64,000 bases of DNA from Nageia nagi (GCA_050084985.1 JBITNC010000001.1:42532001-42596000), one strand, 5' to 3'. Numbered from the stretch's first letter, positions 39,951-54,881 are shown. Made by a program: numbers and translations. Notes: generated by a model from the letters alone, not told the origin.

Positions 39951-42900
39951 AGAAAAAGATGATTTTACCCATTTGGATCTCCATTTGGGGTTCATCTTCC
40001 TTGTCACCCTTATCATTGGGTGATTTTGATGAGTCTAGTGAGACCCTAATACCATGTTGAAGTAATAATTTTTTGTACCTTTGAATTCGTATTTTTCATT
40101 TTTTTAATCTCTCGCAAGGAGGCATTAAGATATGCGAATGCTTATTCTTGCACATTCTGAATTTTTTAGATCAACTTCCATTCTTGATCGATGAGGTCAA
40201 TTATCAACCTATTTCACTTTGCAAAAATACAATTCCAAATTCTTTCAAATTCTTCTCTTTCCCTTTAGAGGTGCTATATTTGTTCTTCAGTGTTCTTTAA
40301 CTGTTGTCGTAAATATTTGTTCTTCATGATGGCTTACATCTTTGCCATTATTTATTATTAGTTATTTGACCCTGTGTTTATATAAGTGATGTAATTTTAA
40401 GATGTTTTAACTAGCTGGATAGGACATGACATCATATGTGCAAAGTTTAAATGGAAATATTGTATCTTTGTCAACCATAATATCCTTCAATAATATCTTT
40501 AGTATCTCATTAGATTTTCTTTTGAGGGTAGGAATACTCTCCAACCATAACTTCTTGATGGATATTTTAGTGCGAATCTTCTCTTCGTCCACTCATGAAT
40601 GCTTTTGTACACCTCATGCAATTATTAACTAACTTTTTTTGGATAGGTATTATATTTATAGGTGGAGCTTTTGTTCTATCGGTGTATTTTGCTAGCAAAT
40701 AATGATGATTCTCAGATGAAATCAGCTTATGGCACATCTTTTTGCTCTCCCAAATTAGGTACATGAAAGTATTATCCATTGCGGGGTATGTAACTTCTTA
40801 TCGCAACGTTCTTTAGAGGCGATGGAAATTCTTCTTCGTAAAGATTTAGCTATCATCACTCTATATCATTCGAACAATTTTGGTTGTTACGTGATCACTT
40901 AGCTCGAAATTCATGAGTATTTATGCTTCTCCATTCATTTTTTTTCTATTCTCATCTAATTTCTAGAGTTATCCACTACATATTCCTTATAATCCATTGT
41001 TGGTGAAACTTGTAGCTTTCATAGATCCTTTCTCAATATCTCCAAGAGAAAGCTTAGGACCTCTTGATGTCTTGTGGATGCTTTAGAAGAAAAGTTTTCT
41101 TTGGTAGACTACCTATTTTTTTACAATTTTTATGCGATAAGAAAATTAGACTGTTTCCCACCTATTCTCATCATTTTACCATTTTTGAACCATTTTTTCG
41201 AATATAATAACGGATTTGATTTTGAAATCCTTCGATTCTAAGTTATCAGTTAATAAATTTTATTATGCCAATTCGGAGTTATCTGATTAAGGTAACCATC
41301 CATCATATTTTTCGAGGGAATCTAATAATAAATTCTTAATTTTAGTAAGCTATCCACTTTTACTTATTAATAAGACTTTTTCATTCATTTAATAAGTGAA
41401 AAGAAGAAATTGCTACTTCTCATAATATTTTTGATAACATAGAACTAGTACATTTAAGAATAAGCAATACATGGAGGAAGAATTCAATTTTATTTAGTAT
41501 ATAAAGAGATTCTTTTCATTCCTTTCATTCTCACTCACTAACGAGATTCTTTTCTTTATTAATAATCTCTTCGTTCTCCTCGTCGAACAATGAAATTTTT
41601 TGACTCATTGCTCCAAAGTACTCAATAATCTCACGTGTAAGGGATAGGGACATTTCGACCACATAAAAGGGTAAAATATCTTTTCGTACTTGGCTTCATG
41701 ATTTTCGCATTGTTTTCCTTTACTTGAAAGTTTCTTCTTATGCTTTCTTATTTTATTTCCCTTTTCGTGATTTTAAATAGGTTTGTAGTGTATTATCATC
41801 TTTTATTTTCATATTCTATCAGAATTTTGTTTTTTCTTTTGATATTTCTTTTCCTTTCATGTTCTTTTCTTTCCTTCCATACTGCAATAAAATATTCATC
41901 TTAAGATGCAACATATTATCATACTCAAACTCAAATTTTTTTTATTGAAAACAATATTTATTACATAGCATGATGAAATTTTTCCTAAATTCAGTCCATT
42001 ATATACTGTAGATATTCAATAAAATGTAATTCTTCCATGTGTACATTAGCCTCCATGGCATTTAACAATTTTCCTTCCTATGAAATTTTTTTTATTCAGA
42101 TCACACCACCTACAGTTAGGGTAAACCATGAAATGAACTTGTAGATGGTTACTGAGAGGCTAAATTGCATGTGGGCTAATGTACACATGTAAGAATTAAT
42201 TTTATTGAAGTTATAGAGTACATAATGGATTAAGACCTTAAGAAAAGCTTTATTATATTATGTAATAAAAATTATTTTCAATAAAATTTTCTTTTTTTCT
42301 AGTTTGAAAATGATAATATGTTCCATCTTAAGTTGAATATTTTATTACAGTATGAAAAGAAAAGAAACATCAAAAGAATATAAATAAAGAAAAACTCTAA
42401 TGAAAATATGGAAATAAAAGATGATACTACACTACAAACCTTTTTAAAATTATGAAAAGGGGAAGGAAAGGAGAAACCATAAGAAACAACCTTTCAAGCT
42501 AAGGAGAACAATAATAAAATTATTAAGTCAAGTACGAAAAGGGATTTTATCCTTTTTATGGTTTGAATGCACCTATCCTTAGATTATTGAGTACTTTCGA
42601 GAAATGAGTTAGAAAATTTCATTGTTCAACGAAGAGTTCAAAGAAATGATCAATAAAGAAGAAGATCCTGTTAGTAAGTAAGAATGAAAGGATAGGAAGG
42701 AATATCTATATGTACTAAAGAAAATTGAATATTTTCTCAATGTAATACTCATTTTTAAATGTACTAGTTTTATTTCATGAATGTTATCCAAAACTTTTTT
42801 AAGAAATAAAAGTTTCTTCTTTTAGTTATTAAATGCATAAAAAGTCCCATTAACAAGCGAAAGGAGATAAATTACAAAGAATTATGAATTTGTTATTAGA

Positions 42901-44250
42901 TTCTATCAATAAGTTCGATTGAAAGCACCTAAATCGGATAACTCCGAATTAACATAGTAAAATATATTAACTGATAACTCAGAATAGAATGATTTTGAAG
43001 CTTGATTCAAGGTACTATATGTAGAAGGATCAGGAATATAAGTTATTGTGTTCAAAGATATGACTCGAAAATGATAAAATGATGAGAATATGTGGAAAAG
43101 AATCCAATTTCTCCATTGCCTAAATATCATAAAGGAATAAGTAGTCTTTCAAGGTAAATTTTGCTACCAAAACATCCACAAGATAACAAAAGATCCTGAA
43201 CTTTCCATTGATGAGATTGAAGATGGATCCATTTAAGCCATAAGTCACACCAATAATAGATTAAAGGGAACATATAGAACTACCCCTTCAAGTGAATCAT
43301 GATAGGGACAATCGAATATAGGAACGTAAATGCTCCTCAATTTTGAGTTGAGTAATAAAAAAAAAATTGTTCAATGGATATAGAGTAAATACAGCCAAAT
43401 CTTGATGAAGAAAGAAGTTCATCACCTCTAAGGAACGTTGCGACAAGAAGTTGTCAACCCCATGATGGATAACATTTTTCTGCACCCCATCTGTGAGAGT
43501 GGAGAGATGCGTTGCAAGATGATTTTCTTTGTGACTTACCAAGATTCACTAGCAAAATGCATCGATAGATTAGGAAAACTTTGCCTTTAAATCTTACACT
43601 TATCAAGAAAGGGATAGCTAATAATTTTTAGTGGTGTACGAAAGCATTCGTATGAGTGGATGGAAGGAAACTTGCACTAAAATATCTATCGAAACATTAT
43701 GTATGAAGAGTAATTGTACCCTCAAAGGGGTTTCTAATAATGTGCTAAGGACATTATTGAACAATATTATGGTTGATAAAAGCACAATACAACCTTACAA
43801 TTTGTGTTTATGGTATGACAACATTCCAACTAACCAGTTAAAAACTTTTAAAAATGTTGTTACTTATATAAACATGTGATCAAAAACTATTAAGGATAAT
43901 TGAAAAGATGTAAGGTATCATAAAAAATGAATATTAGACAAGTTGAAGAATCAAAAACAATAAGTATCGGAAAAGAAGTAAAGAACAAGCAATAGTTGTA
44001 TAACTCATCAACCAAGAGCGGAAGCAGATCGAGCACATTCAAAGCATGCAAGAATAAGCATTCGCACACTTTAGTACCTCCCTATAAGAGATAGAAAAAT
44101 GGATAAGGTGGGCTCAAATGTATGAACAATTATTGTTTCAACATGGTATTCAAGTCTCTTGGGTATCATAAAAGTCCTTCGATGATAAGAGTGATAGGGA
44201 AGATATACATCCAATGGATAGTCAAGTGAGAGAAAGTCCCAATTTTCTTG
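39951..44250. repeat. Large diverged inverted repeat (~2.1-kb arms) of a gypsy 3' internal region, centre ~42112
   Basis: CATGTGTACATTAGCC 42036-42051 vs GGCTAATGTACACATG 42174-42189. TGCGAATGCTTATTCTTGCA ~40133 has its reverse complement at ~44047. Confidence 0.85.
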
Positions 44251-45865
44251 AATTATTAATAGATTTAAATAAGCAATTAATTTCTAGAATACTGCAAATG
44301 AATGTTTAGTTTCTATTCATACTTTCAGATATGTGAAAGTAAGGAAAATTCTAAAAAGATAATGATTTTTGCTTACCTTCATGGTATGAGATGTAAAGCT
44401 TTAGTGGGAAAAATTATAATAGATTGAAATGAACCCCATAGCATCACATAAAAAGCCTTATTAAGATGTGCTAATAAGGAATTTTGGTAAGAAAGATGTC
44501 ACTTGATATTGAAAATGAGTTTCTATGCCAACAATTGGTTATTAAAGGAGAATGAAAAGAATCTCTTCAGATTCGGAGAGATACTGTGAATCAAGAAAAG
44601 ATCATCTTATTGATTAAGCGAAATTAGTTAGTTATAGAAAATGAAAGGTTCCAAATATGAGAATGAGAACTTCAGAAACAAGTTCAACTTGATAAAAAAA
44701 AGTTAATGTGTTAACTCATCTTTGAGAGAAATTGAGTATTGGAAAGAGAAAACTTGAGGATATGAAAAACTTTTAGCTTAATTTGGGATAAATTTATTCC
44801 AAAATATAATATCAAACCTTAATGAAGGAAGTTCAAGTAATGTCAAACTTTCAATGCTAATTATGAATAAGGATGTATTCTTTAATTATGAATACTTTGC
44901 TAATATTTTAAATCAATAATAAAGATGTGATTCATAGTTATTGTAAATATTCTTTGAAATATCATTAACAGTTTTACTTGGTTTGAATCTAAAGAACTAA
45001 GAAAAAAGGGGTATGAATCAACATGATTGATCTAAATTTATGCCTATTAGATACATAAAATGTAAGGACCTAATGAAAATATTGTGTAAATCTCACATGA
45101 ATAAAGGTGAGATAGCATTTATGTTTCAAAAGATCAGGTGAGGATTTGTTGCAACTAATAGGTTAGTTACAATTCCTACAAAAAGTGATGATTTTTTGAT
45201 GAAAATAAGAAGTAAAATACCATGATAAGGAAGTTGTTGCTTTCTAAAGATATTTAGATTCCCAAGATATGGGCACGAGATCTTGGACCACTGGGTATAC
45301 TAACCGATAGATATGGGGAGATTAGTTATCTTACCTCAAGAAAAAAGGATAGTAACCGAGAAATCTGCATTATATTGAATGAGGATAAAGTTGCAGTCAT
45401 TTCTTTTTTATGGGTTAATGAGTGGGAATGATGATTATTTTAGGGATGATGTGCTTTGTCCATAGTTTAATGGAAGATATGTCATATGTTGTATGATCTT
45501 ATATTGGATTAGCGACATTTGGGATAATATGGACCCCAAGATAAAATCAAAACCTAACGCTATGATCAAATGTGCTACTGCATTTGATTGGTTAGTAGAT
45601 AGCAATGGCGGGATCACGTTAATGCATTTGACTTAATCCACGAAAAGTTATAGAGATGAACACCAAAAATGAAAGGGTTGATCAACTTAACCCACTTGAG
45701 GATCAACTAGCCATTGACATAGACTTAAGTTGGAACGTCTTAATATCCCATAAAAATATCGAATTTTGTGTAAAATTTTAGACACCATGATGAGTGCTTT
45801 CAAGAAAATGATAGATGAAAAAGAATGGAGCACATAGGACTGTATTATTCCTAAGAGGGGGAGTA
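42160..45865 (+). mobile_element. Decayed 3' internal region of a gypsy element ending in a PPT
   Basis: AAGAGGGGGAGTA immediately before TGTAACGACC (45866). 44620-45865 aligns with 60070-61653. Confidence 0.7.
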
Positions 45866-47059
45866 TGTAACGACCTCGTTGCACCCTTAAATTTGAATTT
45901 ATGAAATAAATCCTTAAAAACTCATTATGGTTCGAAGTTCATCTAATAATTTAAAATGTAAATAAGATCGTGGGATGATTAATGATACTTCATCTATTAC
46001 AAATTGATGCTGGTTTTGAGATTTTGTATAACACAAGTAATAGTTTGATCTAGCGAAATAACATGGAGGAATATCCTAGGGACCCAAGATAAGTGGTTAT
46101 GGAAACGAAGTGGTAAAAATGAAAAAATGATTAGCATTGAATTGCTGATAGACTCATAAGGAACCCTCATAAATCATATAGATGCATGTTAAAAATATAT
46201 TTTCAATAATTTCTCTGTGTGCGGGTGTGTATGTGCACTAAAAAATTTATCTTGCAAAATGAATGGATCGTCACAGGTAAAAATGTTTGTTAAACAGTTG
46301 ATGTCATTTTCGAAATTTATTGACTAACTAAAGGAATATTTTATTTATTTAAATTCAAATTTTAACTAGGAATACTAGTGAAAATTAGTAAAAATTAAAA
46401 AAAAACTTAAGGGTAAAAGGATCATCTATCTTTTATTAATAATTATAAGATTATTTTGACACCTTCCAAAAAAAATTGAGTTATCTTCCCCACACAAATT
46501 TTTATTTTATGGTAGGTGCAAATGATTTGATACAAAGTTTTTGTTCTTTTGTGAAATATGTGCAATCATTTTTGGAAGGTATAGGGTAAAGCCCCTTTAA
46601 AAAAATACAATAAAAAAAATCTCCACCCTACGCATGAAGTGATGGGATGGAAAAATAATGCTTTCCTTGGAAGGATTATATTATATTTTATTTATAAATA
46701 TTGAGGAATCGTAAGGGAATGGATATACATCTTCTCTTGATTCTCTCTTCCCAAGGGCCTTGGTCTAGAGTCCCTTGGAGAGAAAATCCTCCCCTCTCAA
46801 ATCCAAGTGTTTTTTTTTGCATTTTTGATAATGTCTAGTTGAAATATGAATTTATTTGATATTATTTAGTATGTTTTGAAGAAAAAAATGCTTGATGAAG
46901 GTTTATGAATAAATACTAAAGGAATTAATTGCTAACATTATTATTATACTTGTTTAAGAAATATTTTATTATTTTATTTGATAGTTTTGCATGTGAGGAT
47001 TTGTACCTCTTGTCTTGGAAGCGGGTAAAGTTTCTTATATTAAATTTGAAATCTGTTAG

Positions 47060-48900
47060 GAAGGGAAAGAGCAAAGTACCATTCCATATGGCATATTATA
47101 TTTTATTTATTTGAAGAGATGTGTCTTAAACATCCTTCCGTCTTGAAGGCTCATAGGAGGACATTTTAGGAAGTGTTCTAGATTATTCATTGATCCACCT
47201 AAGTATAGTCTATTCTATGACTTTAAATATCATTTCCATGCTCGCGTAATCTTTTATGGACCTGAAAACTAGTAAATTAGATGATGCCTCACCTCTATGA
47301 TTGACCTGGGAAGTTCTCGTAGGATTGGATTGTTTACATCTTTTCTAGAGTCATCATTGTAACACCCTTTTGAGAGCATACTATCCAGGTCCTCTCTCTC
47401 AAGTTCCCATCGTAGCATTGCTAAAGTAATGTTACCAAAGGTCCTTTATCTCTACACTTGAAGTCCATGACCTAGCATAGTTTATGTTGGAGAAATACTG
47501 GCCAAGGTTTAAGAGTTTGACTTTACCCTCAACAACGGAACTATCTGCCCTTTCTTTCAGAGCACCCATTATAGCACCATATCAGAAGAATACGAGCAAG
47601 GATCATAATTTTTAACTAATCTTGAAGTATAACATTCACATATTCTCCTTAGATTCTGTATCGAGGCACATGATGGAAGATTTCTGGTATAGGTCATAGA
47701 GTTTGATCTTATAATCACGTCTGCTCCACAACCTTCAACATAGCGTATATTGGGAAATATTGGAAATGATTGCTGAGTCTACCTTTACACTTGAAATGGT
47801 GCTCCCACTGTAGGACATTTGGGAAGAACACTAGCAAAGGTCGTAGAGTTTAGCTTTGGTGGCCATTTTGATAAAAAATGCTCGTAAAAGTTGCAGAGTT
47901 TGGTTTTGCACTTAAATATCTCGTAGCCTTTTAGAAAACCTAATTTATGCATATCCGATTATGATTGGGTCTGCACATTCCTTTTTCATTTTTTTATGGA
48001 TCATATGATGGCCAATTTTGGGAAGGATGGTTGTAGAGGTAGCAAAGTTTGGCTTTTCACTTGATAACTATAGATGCTTAATGTATCCATACCCTTTTTA
48101 CGCATATCTCGCCAATATTGCACCATCCAAGACTACATCTCGATGAGGTAAATTGATAATGGATTTTCATCATATTCCATGCTAGAAAAATGCTGGCCAA
48201 GATCATAGAGTTTGGCTTTATACCCAACTGCTATGCCTGATTCAAATCTATCCAATCCCCATCTTAGTACAAGTTGAAATAATTCTGGTAAAGATCGCAA
48301 AGAGTGGTTTTAACATTGCATTTGTTCTCTAACCATCCATGCCATCTTCTAGTTTTCTATCATAGCCCATAATGGAAGTATGGTGACAAAGGTTGCAAGG
48401 TTTAGTTTTACTCTTTTAATGTTCATGCCTCCATCTATAGTCCCCTTCGTAGCACAAGCTAAAGATCACAGAGTTGGGTGCTACACCATCTTATGCACTC
48501 TATTTTGTGCAAAGTCTGAAACCCTTCATAGGATCTTTCCAACGTATTGCAAGTGAAGTCATAAAAAGAACAAAATATTACGCAATCTCAACGTAACATC
48601 CATTGCGTCCACTTGATGATTCTTTGGACTACGATTGAATAAGTTAATTTTCCAACTAGGCCATTTATTCCTTTTCCTCGTATCTATCTCGAGAGAAGCA
48701 TTTTAATTAATTAGTAGACCATATAAACTATCGAAAAGTGTCCTACGAAGCATTTGATTTGGATTAGTTTGGTTTTGAAAAGATAACTTAAATTTATTTT
48801 CATATTTCAAGTGGTCTATTGAAATTTTAATGGATAAATGGTATTGAGCTTGGATTGTAATGAGAGATTCATAATATATGACTTGTAATCGATTGCATAC
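47060..48900 (+). other. PPR-snippet cassette inside LTR copy H, split by an insertion at 47358-48485
   Basis: LFEEM 47107-47121, SVLKA 47137-47151, ARVIF 47240-47254, KLDDA 47274-47288 and TSMI; after the insertion ILWTTI 48619-48636, REAF and EAFDL. Confidence 0.75.
47358..48485. mobile_element. Solo-LTR-like insertion with degenerate internal repeats
   Basis: Termini TGTAACACCC...GGGTGCTACA are mutually inverted. About 9 copies of an AAG(G/A)TC(A/G)(T/C)AGAGTTTG-like motif. Flanks TCAT/CCAT. Confidence 0.65.
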
Positions 48901-50280
48901 ATATATAAAGAACAAAATCTCTACCTTATGTGTGTAATACATTTATAAGAAATGATGGATTTTGCTTGGTAACCATATGCTTAAGTATAGAACTATTTAA
49001 TTGTGGAATAATATACACTAAAAAATAAAACTAGTGAATAGTACATCCATAACTTGAAGATAATCTAGAGATAATGTAATTTTATGCTAGAAGTTCTTGA
49101 TTATTTTGATGAGATCCAGTATATGGTCTAGGAAGGGAGGTAGCTTCACCAAAGACATAAAACCTCTTGAGACCATAAGTTGAGTAAAAATCTAAGTAGG
49201 TGGTATGTCAAATGGATGAATGAAGGTATACATATAATGCATTAGGGTTTAAAAAGAAGAGCTATCCTGATCCTCATATGCTCATAAATCATTCTTAGTA
49301 CCTATGACCACTCACTCATGGGAGGCCTTGAAGGGTTCGTAAAAGGAAGATTGCACGAAAGAAGATGGAGACTCCTTCCTACTTTCAAACCCATTTCTTA
49401 AAGAGTATACAAAAAGATGTAATTGATCTATTTGATATTATTTGATATAACAATATTATAAGGGGTTAGCAAGAGGAAAAGCTAACAACCATTCCAAGTG
49501 TTATGATCATTATATACCTAATATCAATATATAGGATTTGGAAAGCATTTTTGAAATGAACAAAGAGTATTGAAGTAAAGGATTATGCTCATATATAGTT
49601 GGAGATATTTATAACGTACCTAATTGAATGGTCAATATAGCATAATAAAACAATCTAAACAAAGTTTATTCCTATTATTATACCTTTGAATTCATTGATG
49701 GTTTTATAGATTATTGGAAAGTTAATAGGATGTGAACTTGATAATATATGCAAGACCTATCTCTATCATATGTTAGGTTTTTAAATAATTATGCAAGGAT
49801 CTTAATATACTTATGGATGAATTTATCACTTAACTAAGTATTGTTAATGGAATGAGTTTATATGGTATGCATCAACCCTTAACTACAAATTGATAGGAAT
49901 TTTTTTGAAAATTAAGTTCTTTAAACTTAGATTTAAATTCTTGACTTGAGAAGTGGTTCCAACAATTATCTATTGAAACTTAGGATACAAATATAAGCAT
50001 TTCAAAATGTAGTTAAGAAAGATAATTGTAAGAATTTTAGATTGGGAATTCGACCTAATGTCAAAGCTACTAATCAAGTTAGAATGAAAGGATTCTTGAA
50101 ATTTAAGCTTATGTCATCGTGATAGTAAAGGCCTCACTTGAATAAAATTAGAGCACATTCATCATGGAAAACCGCATGCAAGTGAGGTGGGTTTGCATGG
50201 TGAATGTGCGCTAATACTTACCTAAGGGAGGTAGTATCTAGGTAAAGTATGAAAAAACATCATCATATAATCTATGTTTT

Positions 50281-51200
50281 GACTTATTCCCAACATCCAA
50301 AACCTTAAAATTTCAGACCTAATTTTTTTTGGATTAGTTTAAACACTCGAATGATCTAGGGATGGAACAAATGATCCACATGAGCATATCAATATTGCTA
50401 GCTAGTCAGCACTCAAATGGCAAGATTGGCTAAAATTCGGATTAAGAAATCTTGATCAATCTCTTCTGGTGTTCACTCTCAAATGCTCATCCTGTTGAGG
50501 AGATGCCTTCTACATAACCCTAACATTTCCACTCCTCAAACTATGTAACAAATATTTTGGTCATGGTGTAATGGTTTCTTACTTGGGCCCATATCACTTG
50601 AGAGAATGTAGATCCACTAGACTACATAACCTTTCACATAAGTAGATATTTTGTCCTAAGCAAACTTCCTTGTGAGAGGGTAAACATCATTCTTATGGAA
50701 TAGTCTTCATACTTCTATATGCTAAAATGCAAGTCATATGATTACTAAATTATTCTCATCTAGTAATCGTAGTTTTATCAATTGTTATCCTCATCTGACA
50801 TCTTGTCAAGGATATGAGACACTAACTTGCCTATATCTATCGCTTAAGCTTACCATGGGGTTTGGTATTCTTGTTCTCATATCTTGGGAAGCCATGGGCA
50901 TTGAAGCAATACCCTCAATTGGTTTGTAGAGTCTAATAAATATTAAGCAAGATTATAAGATAAAACCACCCTATATCCTATCGAACCATTAATTGATCAT
51001 GAATCAATTATTAGGGTTTCTACATTCATGCTTATATCGAGCATTAGGTGTTACCTTAAACAAATTACACAACATCAAAATATTTTCTATATTTAAAAAC
51101 CAATAAGTAATAACGTATGCAAGAAGATTCAAATCCAACTTGTTTAAGAAGTCACACAAGATATTAGAACGTACCATAATTATCCCTTTATGCATAGTGC
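50281..51200 (-). mobile_element. Distal (U5) remnant of the 3' LTR of the gypsy element
   Basis: 50281-50950 aligns in direct orientation with 54895-55570. It is joined directly to integrase sequence, implying a large deletion. Confidence 0.7.
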
Positions 51201-53450
51201 TGCGTATATAATATTGCGAGGATACAGATATCCACCTAGATGTTGATGTTCTGCTTTAACTTTTTTACATTCCAAGCATTTTTCCACAAACTCTGTTATA
51301 TCTTTCTTCATTCCATCCTAATAGAATTTTTATTTCAAGTCTTCTCTCATCTTTATTCCTTGTAGGAGTAAATTTCTTAAATCTCCTTTTTTGGGATGAT
51401 TAATCTATCTCAAAAATATAAAATTCCATCTTTTTCAGAAAAGTCTTGAGATGAAGGATTACCTTTATCATTTTCTCGATGGATTTGCAGTACGAATCCT
51501 TTAGTTGCGAGATTCTCACTTGATCAAACAAGTCAAACTGCCTTCTTGTCATGGTATTTACATGTCTTCTCCGACTTAATGCATCTACCACTTTATTTTC
51601 TTTACCCTTGATATACTCAATGCTAAAATCATATTTGGAGAGGAATTCCATCCATCACCTTTGTCTAGCATTTAATTTGGGTTGAGTGAACAAGTACTTC
51701 AAACTTTGATGATCGGTTTCCAATTTGAAAGGTTTTCCTAGCAAGTAATGCCTCCACATCTTGAGTGCGTGCACTATAGCTGCTAACTCAAGATCATGTT
51801 TAGCATAATTCAACTCATGTGGCTTTAACTTTTTGGATTCATATGCTACGGGATTTTCATTTTGTGATAGCACTCCATCCAAACCCTTTAATGACGTATT
51901 TGTACACACTACAAAGTCCCCGTGTGGGTTAGGGATAGTGGGAACTAGTGTGGATGTAAGTTTTTCTTTCAGAGTTACGAAAGCATTTTTGCACTTCTTA
52001 GCCCACTTAAACACTTTGTTTTTCTTCTACAGATTGGTGATAGGATTTGCTATCTTTGAAAAATCCTTAACAAATCTTCTATAATATCCAGCTAATCCCA
52101 TGAAACTTCTTAGCTCAGTCACATTTGTTGGTGTAGGCCAATTCAATATTGCTTCTACCTTTTTAGGATCAATTGAGATTCCTTCAGCAAAAATAATGTG
52201 ACCTAAGTACTGAATGTGAAACATAAAAATCACATTTAGATAATTTACCATATAGCTGATGTCATCTCAAAACCTCTAAGGCTAATCTCAAATGATATTT
52301 ATGCTCCTTCTCATTCCTTGAGTATATGAGAATATCATCTAGAAAGATTAGCACAAATTTGTCTAAGTATTCTCGGTAAATATTATTCATCAGATTCATG
52401 AATGATGCAGGAGCATTCATGAATCCAAATGGTAAGACCACAAACTCATACGTCCATATTGAATCTTGAATGCTATCTTATGGGTATCTAATTCTTTTAT
52501 CCTTAACTAATGATATCCTGACCTTAGATCTATCTTGAAAAAGATAGCAGTATCTTAGAGCTAGTCGAACAAGTCATCAATCCTAGATAGAGGATACCCT
52601 TTTTTGATGATGACCTTGTTCAACATCCTGTAGTCAATACACAATCTCAATGTTCCATCCTTTTTGACAAACAATATAGGAGCTACCCAGGGTGATACAT
52701 TAGGCTTTATCAACCCTTTCTCCAAAAGATCTTGTAACTGCACTTTTAACTCCTGCATGTCAATGGTGTGCATTCTATAGGGGGTTCTAGAGATAGGTTC
52801 AACTATTGACACTAGATCTATTGAGAAGTTAAATTCTGTTTTTGGGGGTAGACCTGGTAGTTCCTTGGCAAATACATCCTTATATTCTCTCAACACAGGA
52901 TACTTGTTTAATATTTATATGTCTTTATCCTCTTCTTTCACTTTTTTGACCTTAACTGCAAAGATCATTTCCCTTTTTCTAATACTTCTTCTCATTTGCA
53001 TGGCTGTGATCAAGTAGGGTTCAAATGGTCCTTGATCACTAAACACCCTATATTGATTTTGGGATAAATCAGTGTATTCCACCCATCTCTCCTAGAAGTC
53101 GATCAAGGCCTTATATGCCATTAACCAATCCATTCCTAGGATAATATCATAGGAAGCTAAGGGAACCGCATACAATTCCCACATAATAAATCCCTTAGGT
53201 AACTCAATCTCAACATTCCTAAAATATTATTTGATAGAACACTTTATTAGACCCAAACTCTATTTGCCATCCATTTGTCAAAAATTTTGATGCCTTAATC
53301 ATTTCTTTAACTAAAAAATTTGAAATGAAACTGTCCATTGCATCATAATCTATCAAAACTTTAAAAGATTTACCAGAAAGTTTACCCAAGATCTGGAGAG
53401 TTGTAGGTTTTCCTTGAGCTTGCCCTGATCCAGTTGCTACAAAACTTCTA
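51200..53450 (-). pseudogene. pol: Ty3/gypsy pol (protease, RT, RNase H, start of integrase), chromovirus/Tekay-like
   Basis: [14 protein letters not shown]...[83 protein letters not shown] and CLECKKVKAEHQ. Confidence 0.95.
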
Positions 53451-54770
53451 TGATCATTAGGTGGGTCTATCTTAAGAGGGCATTGACTTGCATAATGCGC
53501 TCCACCATAATTGCAACATCCATCACACGGATCTGTCTTTTGCTATGAGTTGTTATTCTTAGGCACATACTAATTATTTCTTTATTCAGAGAGTCCTTTG
53601 TTCGGGTTCCTAAATCCTTGATTTTCATTCCCATGATTCTGATTCTGGCTTCTAAATTGCTGATTCTTCTTCTAGAAACCCTTCTTTTTGAAACCCTTGT
53701 TCCCAGGTCGTTTCTTCTCAAATCTAGGAAATTTCCATCTTTACGATTATGATTGACCTTTCTATTGCTATTGTGCGGAGCCTGTTTCTTAGCACCTCTA
53801 TTCTTTCAAAAATATTCCTTGCCTTTTTCATCCAAGAAATAGTTCATAAAGGTTTTTGTAATGCCCAAGTTATTTTTAGCTCCCTTGGCCAGATCATAAG
53901 CTTGTTCCAATGTCTTAGGTTTAGGATGTTGACCATAGTCTTGATTTTGGAATCAAACCCTACCAGGAATCTATGAACCTTCAGATGATTTTTGTCATAT
54001 GGAACGTACTTAAGATGTTTGACAAACCTCGAATGATAGCTTTGCACACTCATGGAGCCTTGTTGAAGTGTAATATTCTTCATATTTCTTGTCGAAATAA
54101 ATTGAAGGAATAAATCTTTTCTAGAATGCTTCCACAAATTTTGGCCACTTCAACTATTAAACTCCATGCTCAACTTTGTAGGCATTCCACCATTTGAGAG
54201 AAATATCTTGAAATTTGTAGGTAGCCCACATGGTCTTGGTTTTTGGCGATAGATTTTTCATTGAGAAGTATGTTTCGGTCTCCTCTATCCACACTTTTGC
54301 ATGCTTACCTTCATGCTTTCCATTAAACATGGGTATCTTGGCCTTTGTCAGATCAGCTACAAGTTCTTGTTTGATCCTTTCCTAAATCTGGTTGTTCAAT
54401 CCACTTGATCTTGCTTGTGCTAGGACTTGATCAGATTCTTGTCTTGGAAGATCAACTTGCTGACTCAACAGATTTTTTATTAGTTCTTATTGCTCTGCCA
54501 CCTCCTCTTGGAGTCTTGTGATGGCTTCTTCTCCATTTTTCTTATTAGAATGGCTAGAAGAATTCTTAGTATTATTTGTGGGAACCTATCGATTGACATT
54601 CCTCATTATTCCTCTTCAAGAGTTTTTCCTCCTAACATTTATATTTCGACCCCTAACATTTCTTTGGTTTTTGGCATTAGCATTCACAAGAAGGCTATAT
54701 ATGACACTTTGTCAAAGGTTTCCTAAAGCTCTGGTTACATGTCTTGGGGTGCCATAATATGAGTCAACCA
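53450..54770 (-). pseudogene. gag: Ty3/gypsy gag, decayed
   Basis: LQQGSMSVQSYHSRF...VHRFLVGF and zinc-knuckle remnant CCNYGGAHYASQCP. Confidence 0.75.
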
Positions 54771-54868
54771 AATGGTATTGTTATTAGGCTCATGCATACT
54801 CATATGGACTTCCTAAACTTTTATAGCAAAAGAGTCATGGACCATAGGCCCAAGGGTTTGAACTTGAT

Positions 54869-54880
54869 GCTCTGATTCCA
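54869..54880 (-). promoter_or_regulatory. Primer-binding site (tRNA-iMet type)
   Basis: Minus strand TGGAATCAGAGC (one mismatch to TGGTATCAGAGC), 1 nt after the LTR end ...CATTACA. Confidence 0.8.
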
Positions 54881-54881
54881 A

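Larger units (their letters stand above)
45866..49470 (+). mobile_element. Long gypsy 3' LTR, copy H (3' end uncertain)
   Basis: Preceded by a PPT. TATA 46693-46700, anchors 46990-47007 and 49125-49140, homologous to copy D outside the cassette. Confidence 0.75.
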
